Below, in pieces: positions 36,991 to 46,304 of a DNA stretch of 64,000 nt; position 1 is the first letter of the stretch; the number at the start of each line of letters is the position of its first letter. The notes under the pieces are model-generated. The model did not search any database. It was given only the letters and a program-made list of their open reading frames with translations, and was not told the origin of the DNA. Where the stretch lies: the NCBI GenBank assembly GCA_017450925.1, contig JAFSSS010000081.1:18090-82089 (forward strand). Reading direction: 5' to 3'. This DNA comes from Ruminococcus sp. Lineage in GTDB: Bacteria > Bacillota > Clostridia > Oscillospirales > Ruminococcaceae. The position numbers and the translations under genes are program-made.

Positions 36991-37695
36991 ATGTCATTGG
37001 GTAGAGTTCTTGTGGTCGATGATGATAAGAATATCTGTGAGCTTCTCCGACTCTATCTCGACAAAGACGGTTACGGTGTTATTCTTGCACATGACGGAGA
37101 GGAAGCTTTGGTCAAGTTCAATGCACTTAAACCCGATATTATCCTGCTCGATATCATGCTCCCGGGCATTGACGGCTGGCAGGTGTGCAGAGAGATAAGA
37201 AAGAAATCCAATGTACCTATTATTATGGTGACTGCAAAGCAGGAGACCTTTGATAAGGTCCTCGGCCTTGAGCTGGGTGCCGATGACTATATCGTTAAGC
37301 CTTTTGATACCAAAGAAGTCATTGCAAGGATCAAGGCGGTCTACCGCCGCGTAGGTCAGACCTCGGGTGAGCAGGAGGTCAAGGAGGTCAAGTACGATAA
37401 GCTGTCTGTCAACATGACCAGATATGAGCTTCGCGTTGACGGAAAGGTCGTAGATACTCCTCCTAAGGAGCTGGAGCTGCTTTTCCACCTTGCTTCCAAT
37501 CCGAACAGAGTTTATACCCGCGATCAGCTTCTTGATGAAGTCTGGGGCTTTGAGTATTACGGCGATTCAAGAACTATCGACGTTCATGTAAAAAGGCTCC
37601 GCGAAAAGCTCGAGGGTGTATCCGATAAGTGGGCTCTCAAGACCGTTTGGGGCGTAGGCTATAAGTTTGAAGTCGCCGAAGGCGCACATGAGTAA
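36991..37695 (+). CDS. OmpR/PhoB-family response regulator (WalR/SrrA-like)
   Basis: VVDDD, LLDIMLP, GADDYIVKPF, DSRTIDVHVKRLREK, TVWGVGY. Confidence 0.95.
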   Translation: MSLGRVLVVDDDKNICELLRLYLDKDGYGVILAHDGEEALVKFNALKPDIILLDIMLPGIDGWQVCREIRKKSNVPIIMVTAKQETFDKVLGLELGADDYIVKPFDTKEVIARIKAVYRRVGQTSGEQEVKEVKYDKLSVNMTRYELRVDGKVVDTPPKELELLFHLASNPNRVYTRDQLLDEVWGFEYYGDSRTIDVHVKRLREKLEGVSDKWALKTVWGVGYKFEVAEGAHE

Positions 37696-39106
37696 CCGCA
37701 AAAGCATATTCCTAAAATACTTTGTGATCTATTCAGCAGTAATACTCATAAGCTTTATTTGCTTAGGCGCAGTATTACTGCTTGTTTCTTCAAGGTACTT
37801 TCTTCAAGAGAAAAAGGATCTCCTTGACCGCAATACACTTACGGCTGCCGACGGCGTTGCTCAAATGATCGAGGAGTCGCCGACCGGCTGGCGTGAGACT
37901 ACCGCATGGAGTATGCGTGAGCTGGCATCAAGAAGCGGTATTGATGTTATCCTCTGCGATAAGAACGGAAAGATAATCGCTTCCTCGGATACCGCAGGAA
38001 GACTTTTCGGGATATCGCTTAGCAGCAGTATGCTGGAAAGATTTGGCTCTGAACCGGTCTATCTTATGAGCAGCTTCGAGGGAACGTATGAGGAATGTCA
38101 TGTTTCCGGCATGAAGTTTTCTGTCAACGGGCCGGAGTATTATATCATTTCCCTTACGCCTAAATCTGCTCAGGATGACTATGTCTGGGAGATCATGAAG
38201 ATTTTTCTCATCTCTATGTTGGTTGTATATATCGCTGTCATCATAGCCGTATATTTCATAGCCAAAAGGCTTTCTGCTCCTATAATCGAGATAGCCGAGG
38301 TCTCACGCGAGATCGGCAAGGGAAACTTTTCTGTCAAGCTGCCGGAGTATAATATCTATGAAATGCAGGAGCTTAGCAACGCCTTCAACGAAATGGCGGC
38401 TTCTCTGAAAAGCTATGATACCATGCGTAACAGCTTCGTGGCAAATGTCTCTCATGAATTGAGAACACCCATGACCTCTATCGGCGGCTTTGTTGACGGT
38501 ATGCTGGATAAGACGATCCCGCCCGAGGAGTATGACCATTACTTGAAGATAATTTCCTCTGAAGTCAGCCGACTCACAAGGCTTGTTAGGTCTATGCTCA
38601 ATTTGGCTAAGATCGAGGCCGGCGAGCTGCAGCCGAATTTAACAAGATTCTCGGTGCTTGATCCGATCGTGGATACCCTTGTGACCTTTGAATCAAGGCT
38701 TGAGGCAAAGAATATAGATGTAAGAGGCCTCGATATCGACAGTACGTACCTTTATGCCGATAATGACTTGATACATCAAGTTATGTACAACCTTATCGAA
38801 AATGCTATCAAATTCGTGGATAATAACGGTTATATCGAGTTCAGCTTCAACAGCGTCGGATATATGACCGTTATCTCTATCAAGAACAGCGGCGAGGGAT
38901 TAAGCGAGGATGAACTGCCGCTGGTGTTCGACAGATTTTATAAGACGGATAAATCCCGCGGACTTGACACTACAGGCGTAGGGCTGGGTCTCAATATCGT
39001 AAGATCTATCATCCGCCTCCACGGCGGCAAGATCATGGTAAGAAGCGTCAAGGGCGAATATACCGAATTCGTCTTCAGCGTCCCTAACAGAAAGATAGGC
39101 AAGTAG
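37688..39106 (+). CDS. HAMP-domain sensor histidine kinase
   Basis: Two TMs, SHELRTP, NLIENAIK, FDRFYK, GVGLGL. Confidence 0.95.
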   Translation: MSNRKSIFLKYFVIYSAVILISFICLGAVLLLVSSRYFLQEKKDLLDRNTLTAADGVAQMIEESPTGWRETTAWSMRELASRSGIDVILCDKNGKIIASSDTAGRLFGISLSSSMLERFGSEPVYLMSSFEGTYEECHVSGMKFSVNGPEYYIISLTPKSAQDDYVWEIMKIFLISMLVVYIAVIIAVYFIAKRLSAPIIEIAEVSREIGKGNFSVKLPEYNIYEMQELSNAFNEMAASLKSYDTMRNSFVANVSHELRTPMTSIGGFVDGMLDKTIPPEEYDHYLKIISSEVSRLTRLVRSMLNLAKIEAGELQPNLTRFSVLDPIVDTLVTFESRLEAKNIDVRGLDIDSTYLYADNDLIHQVMYNLIENAIKFVDNNGYIEFSFNSVGYMTVISIKNSGEGLSEDELPLVFDRFYKTDKSRGLDTTGVGLGLNIVRSIIRLHGGKIMVRSVKGEYTEFVFSVPNRKIGK

Positions 39107-39130
39107 CTACCCCGGAAAGGAGGCAGGAGC

Positions 39131-40546
39131 ATGGATGAACAGGATTTGAAGGAAAACGAAGCCTCCCGGGCAGTCTGCGAAGAGGTGACGGAGGAGACTG
39201 ATGATAATGCAGCCCTTGAGGAAGCAGAGCAGCAGGCTCACGATTTCGTGAAGAATGCTCCCACCGTTCCGCCTGTCCCGGAGGAAAAGGTAAGAGGCAC
39301 TGCCTACAGCGACCCTTTCTTTAATATCCCGCCTGTTCTCGGAGCAATGGACGGCCTCGACCGCGAGACCTTCTGGAGCGAGGTCGCATCGGCAAGACCT
39401 AAGCGCAAAAAGCCCTCGGCAGCACTGATAATCCTTGCAGTGCTTATGCTGATTTTCATGACGCTGGCTTTTATAACCGCTATCAACGGAAAAGGCTGGC
39501 TGCTTAAATTCCTGAACGGCGGTAAGAGCATCGAGTTTACCCTGCCTACTGCCGAAAAGCCGCGGCTTGACGATAACAGGTATCAAGCAGACGGAAGATA
39601 TACTATCGAGGGCGTGGCTGATGCGGTATCGGCATCAGTAGTGTCTATAGAGATTTATAATGCCGAGACGGCTCTGCTGCCAAGCAGCCAGGGCAGCGGT
39701 ATAATCATGACGACAGACGGATATATCGTCACCAATGCCCACGTTATCGAGGATGCTGCAAGGATCAAGGTGGTGCTGCATGACAGGACGGAGTTTTCCG
39801 CCGATGTGGTCGGCAGCGACCCGGGCAGCGATATCGCCGTGATTAAGATCGGCGCAAAGGATCTGTCTCCTGCTGAATACGGTGACTCCGATAAGGTCGA
39901 GGTGGGCGAGGATGTGGTCTGCATAGGCTCTCCTGCCGGATTTTACGGCAGTGTTACAAAGGGGATAGTCTCGGGTACAAATAGGCTTATCAAGGTGGAA
40001 AGCTTTTCCACTCCCATGCGCTGCATACAGGTGGATGCCGCGATAAACCCCGGTAATTCGGGAGGCGCTCTGCTGAATATGTGGGGACAGGTCGTCGGTA
40101 TAACCAGCTCAAAGCTGTCCAATACCAAATATGACGGCATAGGCTTCGCTATCTCTATCAACGCCGCAAGACCTATCATTGAAGAGCTTGTCTCTGCCGG
40201 CTATATGACCGACCGCCCGAGAATAGGCGTGACCTATTATATCGTAACACAGGAGACGGCAGATAAGGCCGGTGTCAAGCCGGGTATGCTTATCGTTGCG
40301 GTCGATGAAAAGTGCGATATCGCCGGCAGCGGCCTGCAGGCCGGAGATATTATCAATACTCTCGAGGGGCAGGTCATCACCGATACAGATTCTGTCAGAA
40401 AAATGCTGGAGGAGCATTCTCCCGGCGATACCCTTACCGGCCATGTCTATCGCCCGAACGAGGACGGCTCCGCCGGTACGGAATTTGATATAACATTCAA
40501 GCTTGAAAAGGACGAAAGCTCCTTTATCGAGGCAGACAGCAAGTAA
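39131..40546 (+). CDS. htrA: Membrane-anchored HtrA/DegP serine protease with a PDZ domain
   Basis: TNAHV, SDIAV, DAAINPGNSGGAL. Confidence 0.93.
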   Translation: MDEQDLKENEASRAVCEEVTEETDDNAALEEAEQQAHDFVKNAPTVPPVPEEKVRGTAYSDPFFNIPPVLGAMDGLDRETFWSEVASARPKRKKPSAALIILAVLMLIFMTLAFITAINGKGWLLKFLNGGKSIEFTLPTAEKPRLDDNRYQADGRYTIEGVADAVSASVVSIEIYNAETALLPSSQGSGIIMTTDGYIVTNAHVIEDAARIKVVLHDRTEFSADVVGSDPGSDIAVIKIGAKDLSPAEYGDSDKVEVGEDVVCIGSPAGFYGSVTKGIVSGTNRLIKVESFSTPMRCIQVDAAINPGNSGGALLNMWGQVVGITSSKLSNTKYDGIGFAISINAARPIIEELVSAGYMTDRPRIGVTYYIVTQETADKAGVKPGMLIVAVDEKCDIAGSGLQAGDIINTLEGQVITDTDSVRKMLEEHSPGDTLTGHVYRPNEDGSAGTEFDITFKLEKDESSFIEADSK

Positions 40547-40551
40547 TTATT

Positions 40552-40583
40552 TGCAGAGAGCGGCTTTGCTCTCTGCATTTTTT
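40552..40583 (+). terminator. Intrinsic terminator
   Basis: TGCAGAGAGC/GCTCTCTGCA followed by T6. Confidence 0.8.
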
Positions 40584-40599
40584 CGGAGGTCAGATATTT

Positions 40600-41493
40600 G
40601 TGGAAGCGTTCAGAATAATCATGACACTGGTCATTAGCGGACTTATCGGTTATTTCACCAATTTCATCGCGGTGAAGATGCTCTTCCGTCCGCGGACAGA
40701 AAAGCATATCTTCGGCAGGCGTGTGCCCTTTACACCCGGAGTCATCCCCAAGAACAAGCCCCGGCTCGCCAAGGCTCTCGGCAGGGCGGTAGGGGAGCAG
40801 CTGCTGACCGGCAGCGACCTTAAAGAAGCCCTTTCCTCCGACAGAACCGCAGATGCCGCCGTTAAAAGGGTCACAGAGGGCGTATTCTCTGATAAGCCTG
40901 TAAGCGAAGTCCTTGACGGCATTACCGGCGGGAACTCTGCTGCCGTGAGGGAGGCGGCCGCCCTACGGCTTACTGCCCTTGTGACGGAAAAGATACGTCA
41001 AGCTGATATTTCGGCTGTTATAGTCAGTGAGGGCAAGGAGGCAATAAAGCAAAAGGTGGCAGGAAGTATGCTGGCGATGTTTGTCAATGACGAGCTTATC
41101 GCATCCTTCGCAGCGCCCCTTGCCCAGCGCATCGACAGCTATCTTGACGAAAATGCAGAGCCCGCTGTCTCAAAGGCCGTCAGCGAGGAGCTGGACAGGC
41201 TGATGTGTTCCTCTCCGGCACAGCTGCTTGAAGGCTCCGGCATGACCCGCGAGCGTACCGAAAAAGCCCTTTCAGAGCTGATAAAGAAGGCAGCCCGTGA
41301 GTCTTTGGACGATATCATCGCTTCGGTTGATATCCCCGCGATAGTTGAGGACAGAGTCAACGCTATGTCCGTTGAGCAGGTGGAGGAGCTGGTGATGTCT
41401 GTCATGAAGCACGAGCTTAATGCCGTTATAAGTCTCGGCGGCATTATAGGCGTCCTGATCGGCGTGCTGAATGTAATAGTGCAAAGAATATGA
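40600..41493 (+). CDS. DUF445 (YheB-like) membrane protein
   Basis: IGYFTNFIAVKMLFRP, PFTPGVIPK, C-terminal EL..I..LGG.IG. Confidence 0.88.
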   Translation: MEAFRIIMTLVISGLIGYFTNFIAVKMLFRPRTEKHIFGRRVPFTPGVIPKNKPRLAKALGRAVGEQLLTGSDLKEALSSDRTADAAVKRVTEGVFSDKPVSEVLDGITGGNSAAVREAAALRLTALVTEKIRQADISAVIVSEGKEAIKQKVAGSMLAMFVNDELIASFAAPLAQRIDSYLDENAEPAVSKAVSEELDRLMCSSPAQLLEGSGMTRERTEKALSELIKKAARESLDDIIASVDIPAIVEDRVNAMSVEQVEELVMSVMKHELNAVISLGGIIGVLIGVLNVIVQRI

Positions 41494-41609
41494 AATATCA
41501 GAAATGTATTGTACGATAATCGGTACTTTTGCGCTTGACTAAAATGTCGGAATATGCTATAATATACAATTGACCGAATAAAATTAAAATTGTATGGAGA
41601 GTGGTACTT

Positions 41610-43016
41610 TTGACCTTCAGTTCGGTGATATTCCTGTTTGTCTTCTTCCCGGTGGTGTTCCTGCTTTATGCGCTCATCCCCCAGAAGACCGTCCGCAATG
41701 TGATACTTGCTGCCGCAAGCCTTGTTTTCTACGCTTTCGGAGAGCCTATCGCCGTTATCATAATGGTGATATCCATTATATTCAACTATTTCTTCGGACG
41801 TGCCGCAGCAGGGGAAAAGCACGACAAACTGGCTGTGTTTCTGGCAGTGCTTGTGAATATCGGCCTGCTTATCGGGTATAAATATACCGGATTCTTTGCC
41901 GAGACCTTCAACAGCATTACCGGCCTTGGCATACCCGTTCCGCAGATAAGACTTCCTATAGGCATATCCTTCTTCACCTTCCAGGGGCTTAGCTATGTCA
42001 TCGACGTTTACAGGGACAAAAAGAGCGTGCAGAAGAGCCTGTTTTCGGTGCTGCTGTATATCTCCTTCTTCCCGCAGCTTATCGCCGGCCCTATCGTAAG
42101 ATACGAGGATATCGCCAAACAGCTGGATGAACGAGAGTTCACCGCTGACAGGATCGCAAGGGGCATCAACCGCTTTATCTACGGCCTCGGCAAAAAGGTG
42201 CTTATCGCAAATCAAATGGGCATCGTGGCCGATACCGTGTTCGGGTTCTCGCCCTCGGATGTGGGAATGCTGCCCTCGTGGCTGGGTGCCGTATGCTACA
42301 CTCTCCAGATCTTCTTCGACTTCTCCGGCTACAGCGATATGGCTATCGGCCTTGGCTGTATGTTCGGCTTTGACTTCAGAGAGAACTTCGATTATCCTTT
42401 TATAGCGCCCAATATCCAGAACTTTTGGCGGCGCTGGCATATCTCCCTTTCGACATGGTTCAAGGAGTATGTCTATATCCCTCTCGGCGGAAACCGCAAG
42501 GGCAAGGCAAGAACGACCGTAAACAAGCTGATCGTTTTCTTCCTCACCGGCTTCTGGCACGGCGCAAACTTCACCTTCATAGTTTGGGGTATGCTCCACG
42601 GCGTATGTCAGATGCTTGAGACCTATCAGATCATTCCCACCAAGAAAAAATGGTTCCGCCCGATAGGACATATATACACGCTGCTGGTAGTCATACTGGC
42701 TTTCGTCCTCTTCCGCGCAGATACGCTGACACAAGGCTTCAGCCTTATCGGGAATATGTTCTCGGGTGCTTCGGGCACCGCCGCAGTCAATGCCGAGATC
42801 ATGTCCATGACTTCGGTGATGTTTATGATCTCACTGGCATTTGCAGTGATACTGTCAACGCCTGTGTTCAAGGTCATCAGAGCAAAGGTGAGCAAAACAG
42901 GTGCCGCAGAGGCCTACAACTACGTTTCCTATATCGGCTCGCTGCTGATTTTCCTGCTCTGCATTCTGTCACTTGTTTCCAGCAAGTATAATCCGTTCAT
43001 ATATTTCAGATTCTGA
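41610..43016 (+). CDS. MBOAT O-acyltransferase (AlgI/PatA type)
   Basis: LPIGISFFTFQ, FFPQLIAGPI, DFSGYSDMAIG, FWRRWHISL, GFWHGA, NPFIYFRF. Confidence 0.93.
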   Translation: MTFSSVIFLFVFFPVVFLLYALIPQKTVRNVILAAASLVFYAFGEPIAVIIMVISIIFNYFFGRAAAGEKHDKLAVFLAVLVNIGLLIGYKYTGFFAETFNSITGLGIPVPQIRLPIGISFFTFQGLSYVIDVYRDKKSVQKSLFSVLLYISFFPQLIAGPIVRYEDIAKQLDEREFTADRIARGINRFIYGLGKKVLIANQMGIVADTVFGFSPSDVGMLPSWLGAVCYTLQIFFDFSGYSDMAIGLGCMFGFDFRENFDYPFIAPNIQNFWRRWHISLSTWFKEYVYIPLGGNRKGKARTTVNKLIVFFLTGFWHGANFTFIVWGMLHGVCQMLETYQIIPTKKKWFRPIGHIYTLLVVILAFVLFRADTLTQGFSLIGNMFSGASGTAAVNAEIMSMTSVMFMISLAFAVILSTPVFKVIRAKVSKTGAAEAYNYVSYIGSLLIFLLCILSLVSSKYNPFIYFRF

Positions 43017-43033
43017 TACAGAAAGGGATAGCA

Positions 43034-44488
43034 ATGAAAAAAGCATTCAAAATCGCATATGCGGCGCTGTTCTTGGCTGTATGCGCCACACCGCTGGCTC
43101 TGATGCCATTTGTACAGAGCAACGCGGAGATAGAAAAAAAGGCTCTGACGGAAATGCCTGCATTTGTCAAGGACGGCAAGATAAATACGGATTTCTCAAC
43201 ACAGTTCGAGTCATGGTTCAATGACCGCCTTCCTTTGAGATCTGAACTGCTGTCCGCAGCAAACCTTGTCAAGGGCGAGCTGCTCACATCCCCGTCCTCT
43301 AACGTTATCAGCGGCAGCGACGGCTGGATATTCTTCGATACCGACAAGCTGGACTATATGAATACCAATGCCCTTACAGACAATCAGATCCGCTCTATCG
43401 CGGTGACACTTTCTCTTATCCAGGAGAATGTTAAGGGCAAGCAGGGCTCGTTCACCTTTGTGCCTATGCCCAATAAGGCAGGGGTCTATGATGAATACTT
43501 CCCCTCCTGCTACCGCAAGGCCGACGAGAACAACTACTCCCGTCTCTGCGCCCAGCTGAATGACCTCGGCGTAAACTACGTCGATATGCTCAAGCTTATG
43601 CGCGAGCATAAGGATGCGGGGATCTACCATAAGCGGGACAGCCACTGGAATTATCTCGGAGCCCTTATTGGCTACAACGCGATCATGGACAGCCTCGGAA
43701 AGCCCCATAAGACCTATGACGGCGCCTCCTATAAGTATGAAAAGGACTGGCGCGGCGACCTTGATAAGCTGCTCTATCCCTCCGGCGGGTTCATGGACTA
43801 TCAGTATCATTTCAATATCGAGTATCAGCCCTTCAGATTTACCGCCCCCGTGGGCGTGGGAGATGTTCAGTCCCAGCTGGAGACCTTTATGAGCGATAAG
43901 GAGGAGAATGACTCCCGTATCGGCACCGCCAGCATGGGTACGGTCGATAACGCAAGGCTCTATATGGTTCGTGACTCCTTCGGCAGAGCGCTCCTGCCCT
44001 TTATGATCGACAACTACAAGAATGCAATGTTCGTCCGCACCGATTGTCCCGAGCTGCCGCAGGTGGCACAGGGTGCTGATATGGTCTATGAAATAGTCGA
44101 GAGAAACTTCCAAAACCTTATCGCAACAGCTCCCTTTATGTTTGCTCCCGAAAGGGACAGCGTCCCCGCTGATGCGGCGGACGGCGGTATGATCGAGACT
44201 ACCTGCTCCGACGAGGGCTACGCGATCAGAGTTTACGGCACACTTCCCGACGATCTGCCTGTGGGCGACGGCAGGATGTATGTCAAGCTATCCGGCGGAA
44301 ACGGAGATCATATCTTCGAGGCCTTCCCGATCTACGAAAAGAAGCTCCTTAAAGGCGAGGGCAGGAACGGTTTCTCTATGATGATCGACCCCTCACTGGG
44401 TATGTCGGGGGATTTTGATGTGACCGTATATGCCGGAGAAAAGGTCTTTTCTGGCACAAAAACGACAATTACTGCCGATGAGCAGTGA
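43034..44488 (+). CDS. AlgJ/AlgX-like (DHHW-type) extracellular acyltransferase
   Basis: N-terminal TM, VISGSDGWIF, PNK, RDSHWN (DxH), RDSFG; follows the MBOAT gene. Confidence 0.8.
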   Translation: MKKAFKIAYAALFLAVCATPLALMPFVQSNAEIEKKALTEMPAFVKDGKINTDFSTQFESWFNDRLPLRSELLSAANLVKGELLTSPSSNVISGSDGWIFFDTDKLDYMNTNALTDNQIRSIAVTLSLIQENVKGKQGSFTFVPMPNKAGVYDEYFPSCYRKADENNYSRLCAQLNDLGVNYVDMLKLMREHKDAGIYHKRDSHWNYLGALIGYNAIMDSLGKPHKTYDGASYKYEKDWRGDLDKLLYPSGGFMDYQYHFNIEYQPFRFTAPVGVGDVQSQLETFMSDKEENDSRIGTASMGTVDNARLYMVRDSFGRALLPFMIDNYKNAMFVRTDCPELPQVAQGADMVYEIVERNFQNLIATAPFMFAPERDSVPADAADGGMIETTCSDEGYAIRVYGTLPDDLPVGDGRMYVKLSGGNGDHIFEAFPIYEKKLLKGEGRNGFSMMIDPSLGMSGDFDVTVYAGEKVFSGTKTTITADEQ

Positions 44489-44520
44489 TATGTATATCTG
44501 TGAAAAAAAGGAGGATAAAA

Positions 44521-45384
44521 ATGAAAGTCAAAGCCGTTTTAATAGCAGCGCTGTCGGTACTGTGTCTGACTGCCTGCGGCAATTCCGACAGCAGCTCCGG
44601 CGCTGAGGGCATCGTTACGATCCAGACAACTACCGCCCCGGCCGATTCGTCATCCGCTGCCGAGACTACTGCTTCATCTACCACAGCAGCTACTACGAAG
44701 GAGACGACCAAGGCAACCACCAAGGAGACTAAAAAGACAACTAAGGCTACCACAAAGGCTACCACAAAGGCTGCCACCAAAGCTGCCACCAAGGAGACTA
44801 CCGAGCAGCAGACCTCCGCTCAGGAGGTAGTTACTCAGGCTCCTCCCATAACCAAAGCCACCGAGCAGCAGACACAGGCTCAAACAGTAAACACCACTGT
44901 TGAGACCACCAAGGCTCCCGAGCCCGCCGGTCCGGACCTTTCCACCTTCAGGGGCAAGGCTATGGTGAACTATAAGGGCTTTATCTTCGGCACGGGCGAG
45001 AATATCAATGACATCAAGAGCAAGCTGGGCAAGGAGTCCGCTCCTATGTCGGAGGCTCCCAACTGCTATACCGGCGAGACCAGTCCTATCTACTACTACG
45101 AGGGTTTGGAGATCGAGACCACCTATGCCGGAAGGATATTCGCTGTCCGTATGGGAAACTCCTTGACGTATCCCGGGACCAATGTTCAGACGGCGTCAGG
45201 CATAAAGATCGGTGATCCCGAAAGCACTCTGACCAGCACCTTCGGCGATCCCGTCGAGAAGGATGATTACGGCATGAGAGAATTCAGGGACGGAGGTCTT
45301 TTTGTTACAGCGTTTGTATTTGACGGAGCGGTCGATACTATCCAGATCATCGATGTTAAAGCCAGATCACCGATTGATGAGTAA
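44521..45384 (+). CDS. Lipoprotein with a Thr/Lys-rich linker
   Basis: Lipobox LTAC; TTKA repeats; C-terminal domain paralogous to the next gene. Confidence 0.82.
   Translation: MKVKAVLIAALSVLCLTACGNSDSSSGAEGIVTIQTTTAPADSSSAAETTASSTTAATTKETTKATTKETKKTTKATTKATTKAATKAATKETTEQQTSAQEVVTQAPPITKATEQQTQAQTVNTTVETTKAPEPAGPDLSTFRGKAMVNYKGFIFGTGENINDIKSKLGKESAPMSEAPNCYTGETSPIYYYEGLEIETTYAGRIFAVRMGNSLTYPGTNVQTASGIKIGDPESTLTSTFGDPVEKDDYGMREFRDGGLFVTAFVFDGAVDTIQIIDVKARSPIDE
44692..44802 (+). repeat. Degenerate 12-bp coding tandem repeat (TTKA/TTKE)
   Basis: TTKETTKATTKETKKTTKATTKATTKAATKAATKETT. Confidence 0.8.
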
Positions 45385-45413
45385 GTTTGAAAAACGATAA
45401 GGAGTGTATTAAA

Positions 45414-46058
45414 ATGAAAATGAAGATCACAGCAGCAGCGGTCATCGCTGCCGCCGCAGTAATGCTTGCAGGCTGCGGCTCTGACAGTTCCTCCAAGGCG
45501 GACACCTCCGCAGCAGCACCTGCCACACAGAGCCAGGCCGACACAGTCGCATCGCAGGCAGAGGAAAGCACTGCTCCCGCAGCCGAGGAGTCCAAGGCAG
45601 AAGAGTCACAGGCCGATGCTCCCGCAGTATCTGCATTCACTGCTGACAACGCAGCCGTAAAGTACAACGGCGCAGAGATCAAGGTCGGTCAGAACATCGA
45701 CGATGTAAAGGGAAGTCTCGGCACCGAGGCTGCTCCTGCATCACAGGCACCCTCCTGCCTCTCGGGTAATACTATCAACGAGTATTATTACCCCGGCATG
45801 ACAATCCAAGCAAACACCAGCGGTGTTATCTTCTCAATCGAGCTGACCAATGCCCTTTATGCAGGCGGCGACGGCACTACCGCTGACGGCCTCAAGGTAG
45901 GCGACAAGATCGACGACTTCAAGGCCAAGCTTGGCGAGCCCACCGAGACCAAGGGCACCAGCCCCGTTTACACTGCCGGAACTGTTTCCATGCAGGCAAG
46001 CGGCTCACCCTCCGGCGTTGAGTCGATCTGGATCTCCGACAGCTCTATCGACAACTGA
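45414..46058 (+). CDS. Lipoprotein, paralogue of 44521..45384
   Basis: Lipobox LAGC; shared G.NI.D.K..LG.E.AP.S.AP.C..G.T...YYY.G and T..G.K.GD motifs. Confidence 0.82.
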   Translation: MKMKITAAAVIAAAAVMLAGCGSDSSSKADTSAAAPATQSQADTVASQAEESTAPAAEESKAEESQADAPAVSAFTADNAAVKYNGAEIKVGQNIDDVKGSLGTEAAPASQAPSCLSGNTINEYYYPGMTIQANTSGVIFSIELTNALYAGGDGTTADGLKVGDKIDDFKAKLGEPTETKGTSPVYTAGTVSMQASGSPSGVESIWISDSSIDN

Positions 46059-46081
46059 TATCCGGCTCTGTTCGCTTTAAT

Positions 46082-46118
46082 AGGCGCTTCTGCTTTTCTT
46101 TAGCAGAAGTGCCTTTTT
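46082..46118 (+). terminator. Intrinsic terminator
   Basis: AGGCGCTTCTGCT/AGCAGAAGTGCCT followed by a T run. Confidence 0.8.
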
Positions 46119-46120
46119 AT

Positions 46121-46304
46121 AATTGACATTTGATAATGGATAGTTGATAAAGAAGGAGAGTGCCTTATGCACACAAATGCCCATTCGGGCACTGCGGTGA
46201 GAATAGGATCACAACGTATCCGCTCTTCTCAAGCTGCGGTGCCCGAATGGGCTATATTGCGCCATGCGGGCGCCTCTTTGTTATCAGCTGTCAATTATCA
46301 ACTA
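46121..46304 (+). other. ~180-nt rod-like hairpin with heptamer-repeat arms (structured RNA or palindromic element)
   Basis: Outer 20-bp stem 46131-46150/46281-46300; perfect 14-bp inner stem 46179-46192/46239-46252; further TGAGAA/TTCTCA and GGAT/ATCC pairing. Confidence 0.7.

Noticed and set aside
41139-42734. 531-aa antisense ORF; likewise 15452..16765, 22069..23082, 25067..26098, 48359..49489, 54833..55840 and other long opposite-strand ORFs
   Set aside because: They overlap clearly recognisable genes on the other strand and have no family motifs; typical shadow frames of biased codon usage
41610-44488. dlt operon for teichoic acid D-alanylation
   Set aside because: No DltA ligase or DltC carrier; the MBOAT ends in the AlgI-type FIYFRF motif and its partner is AlgJ-like
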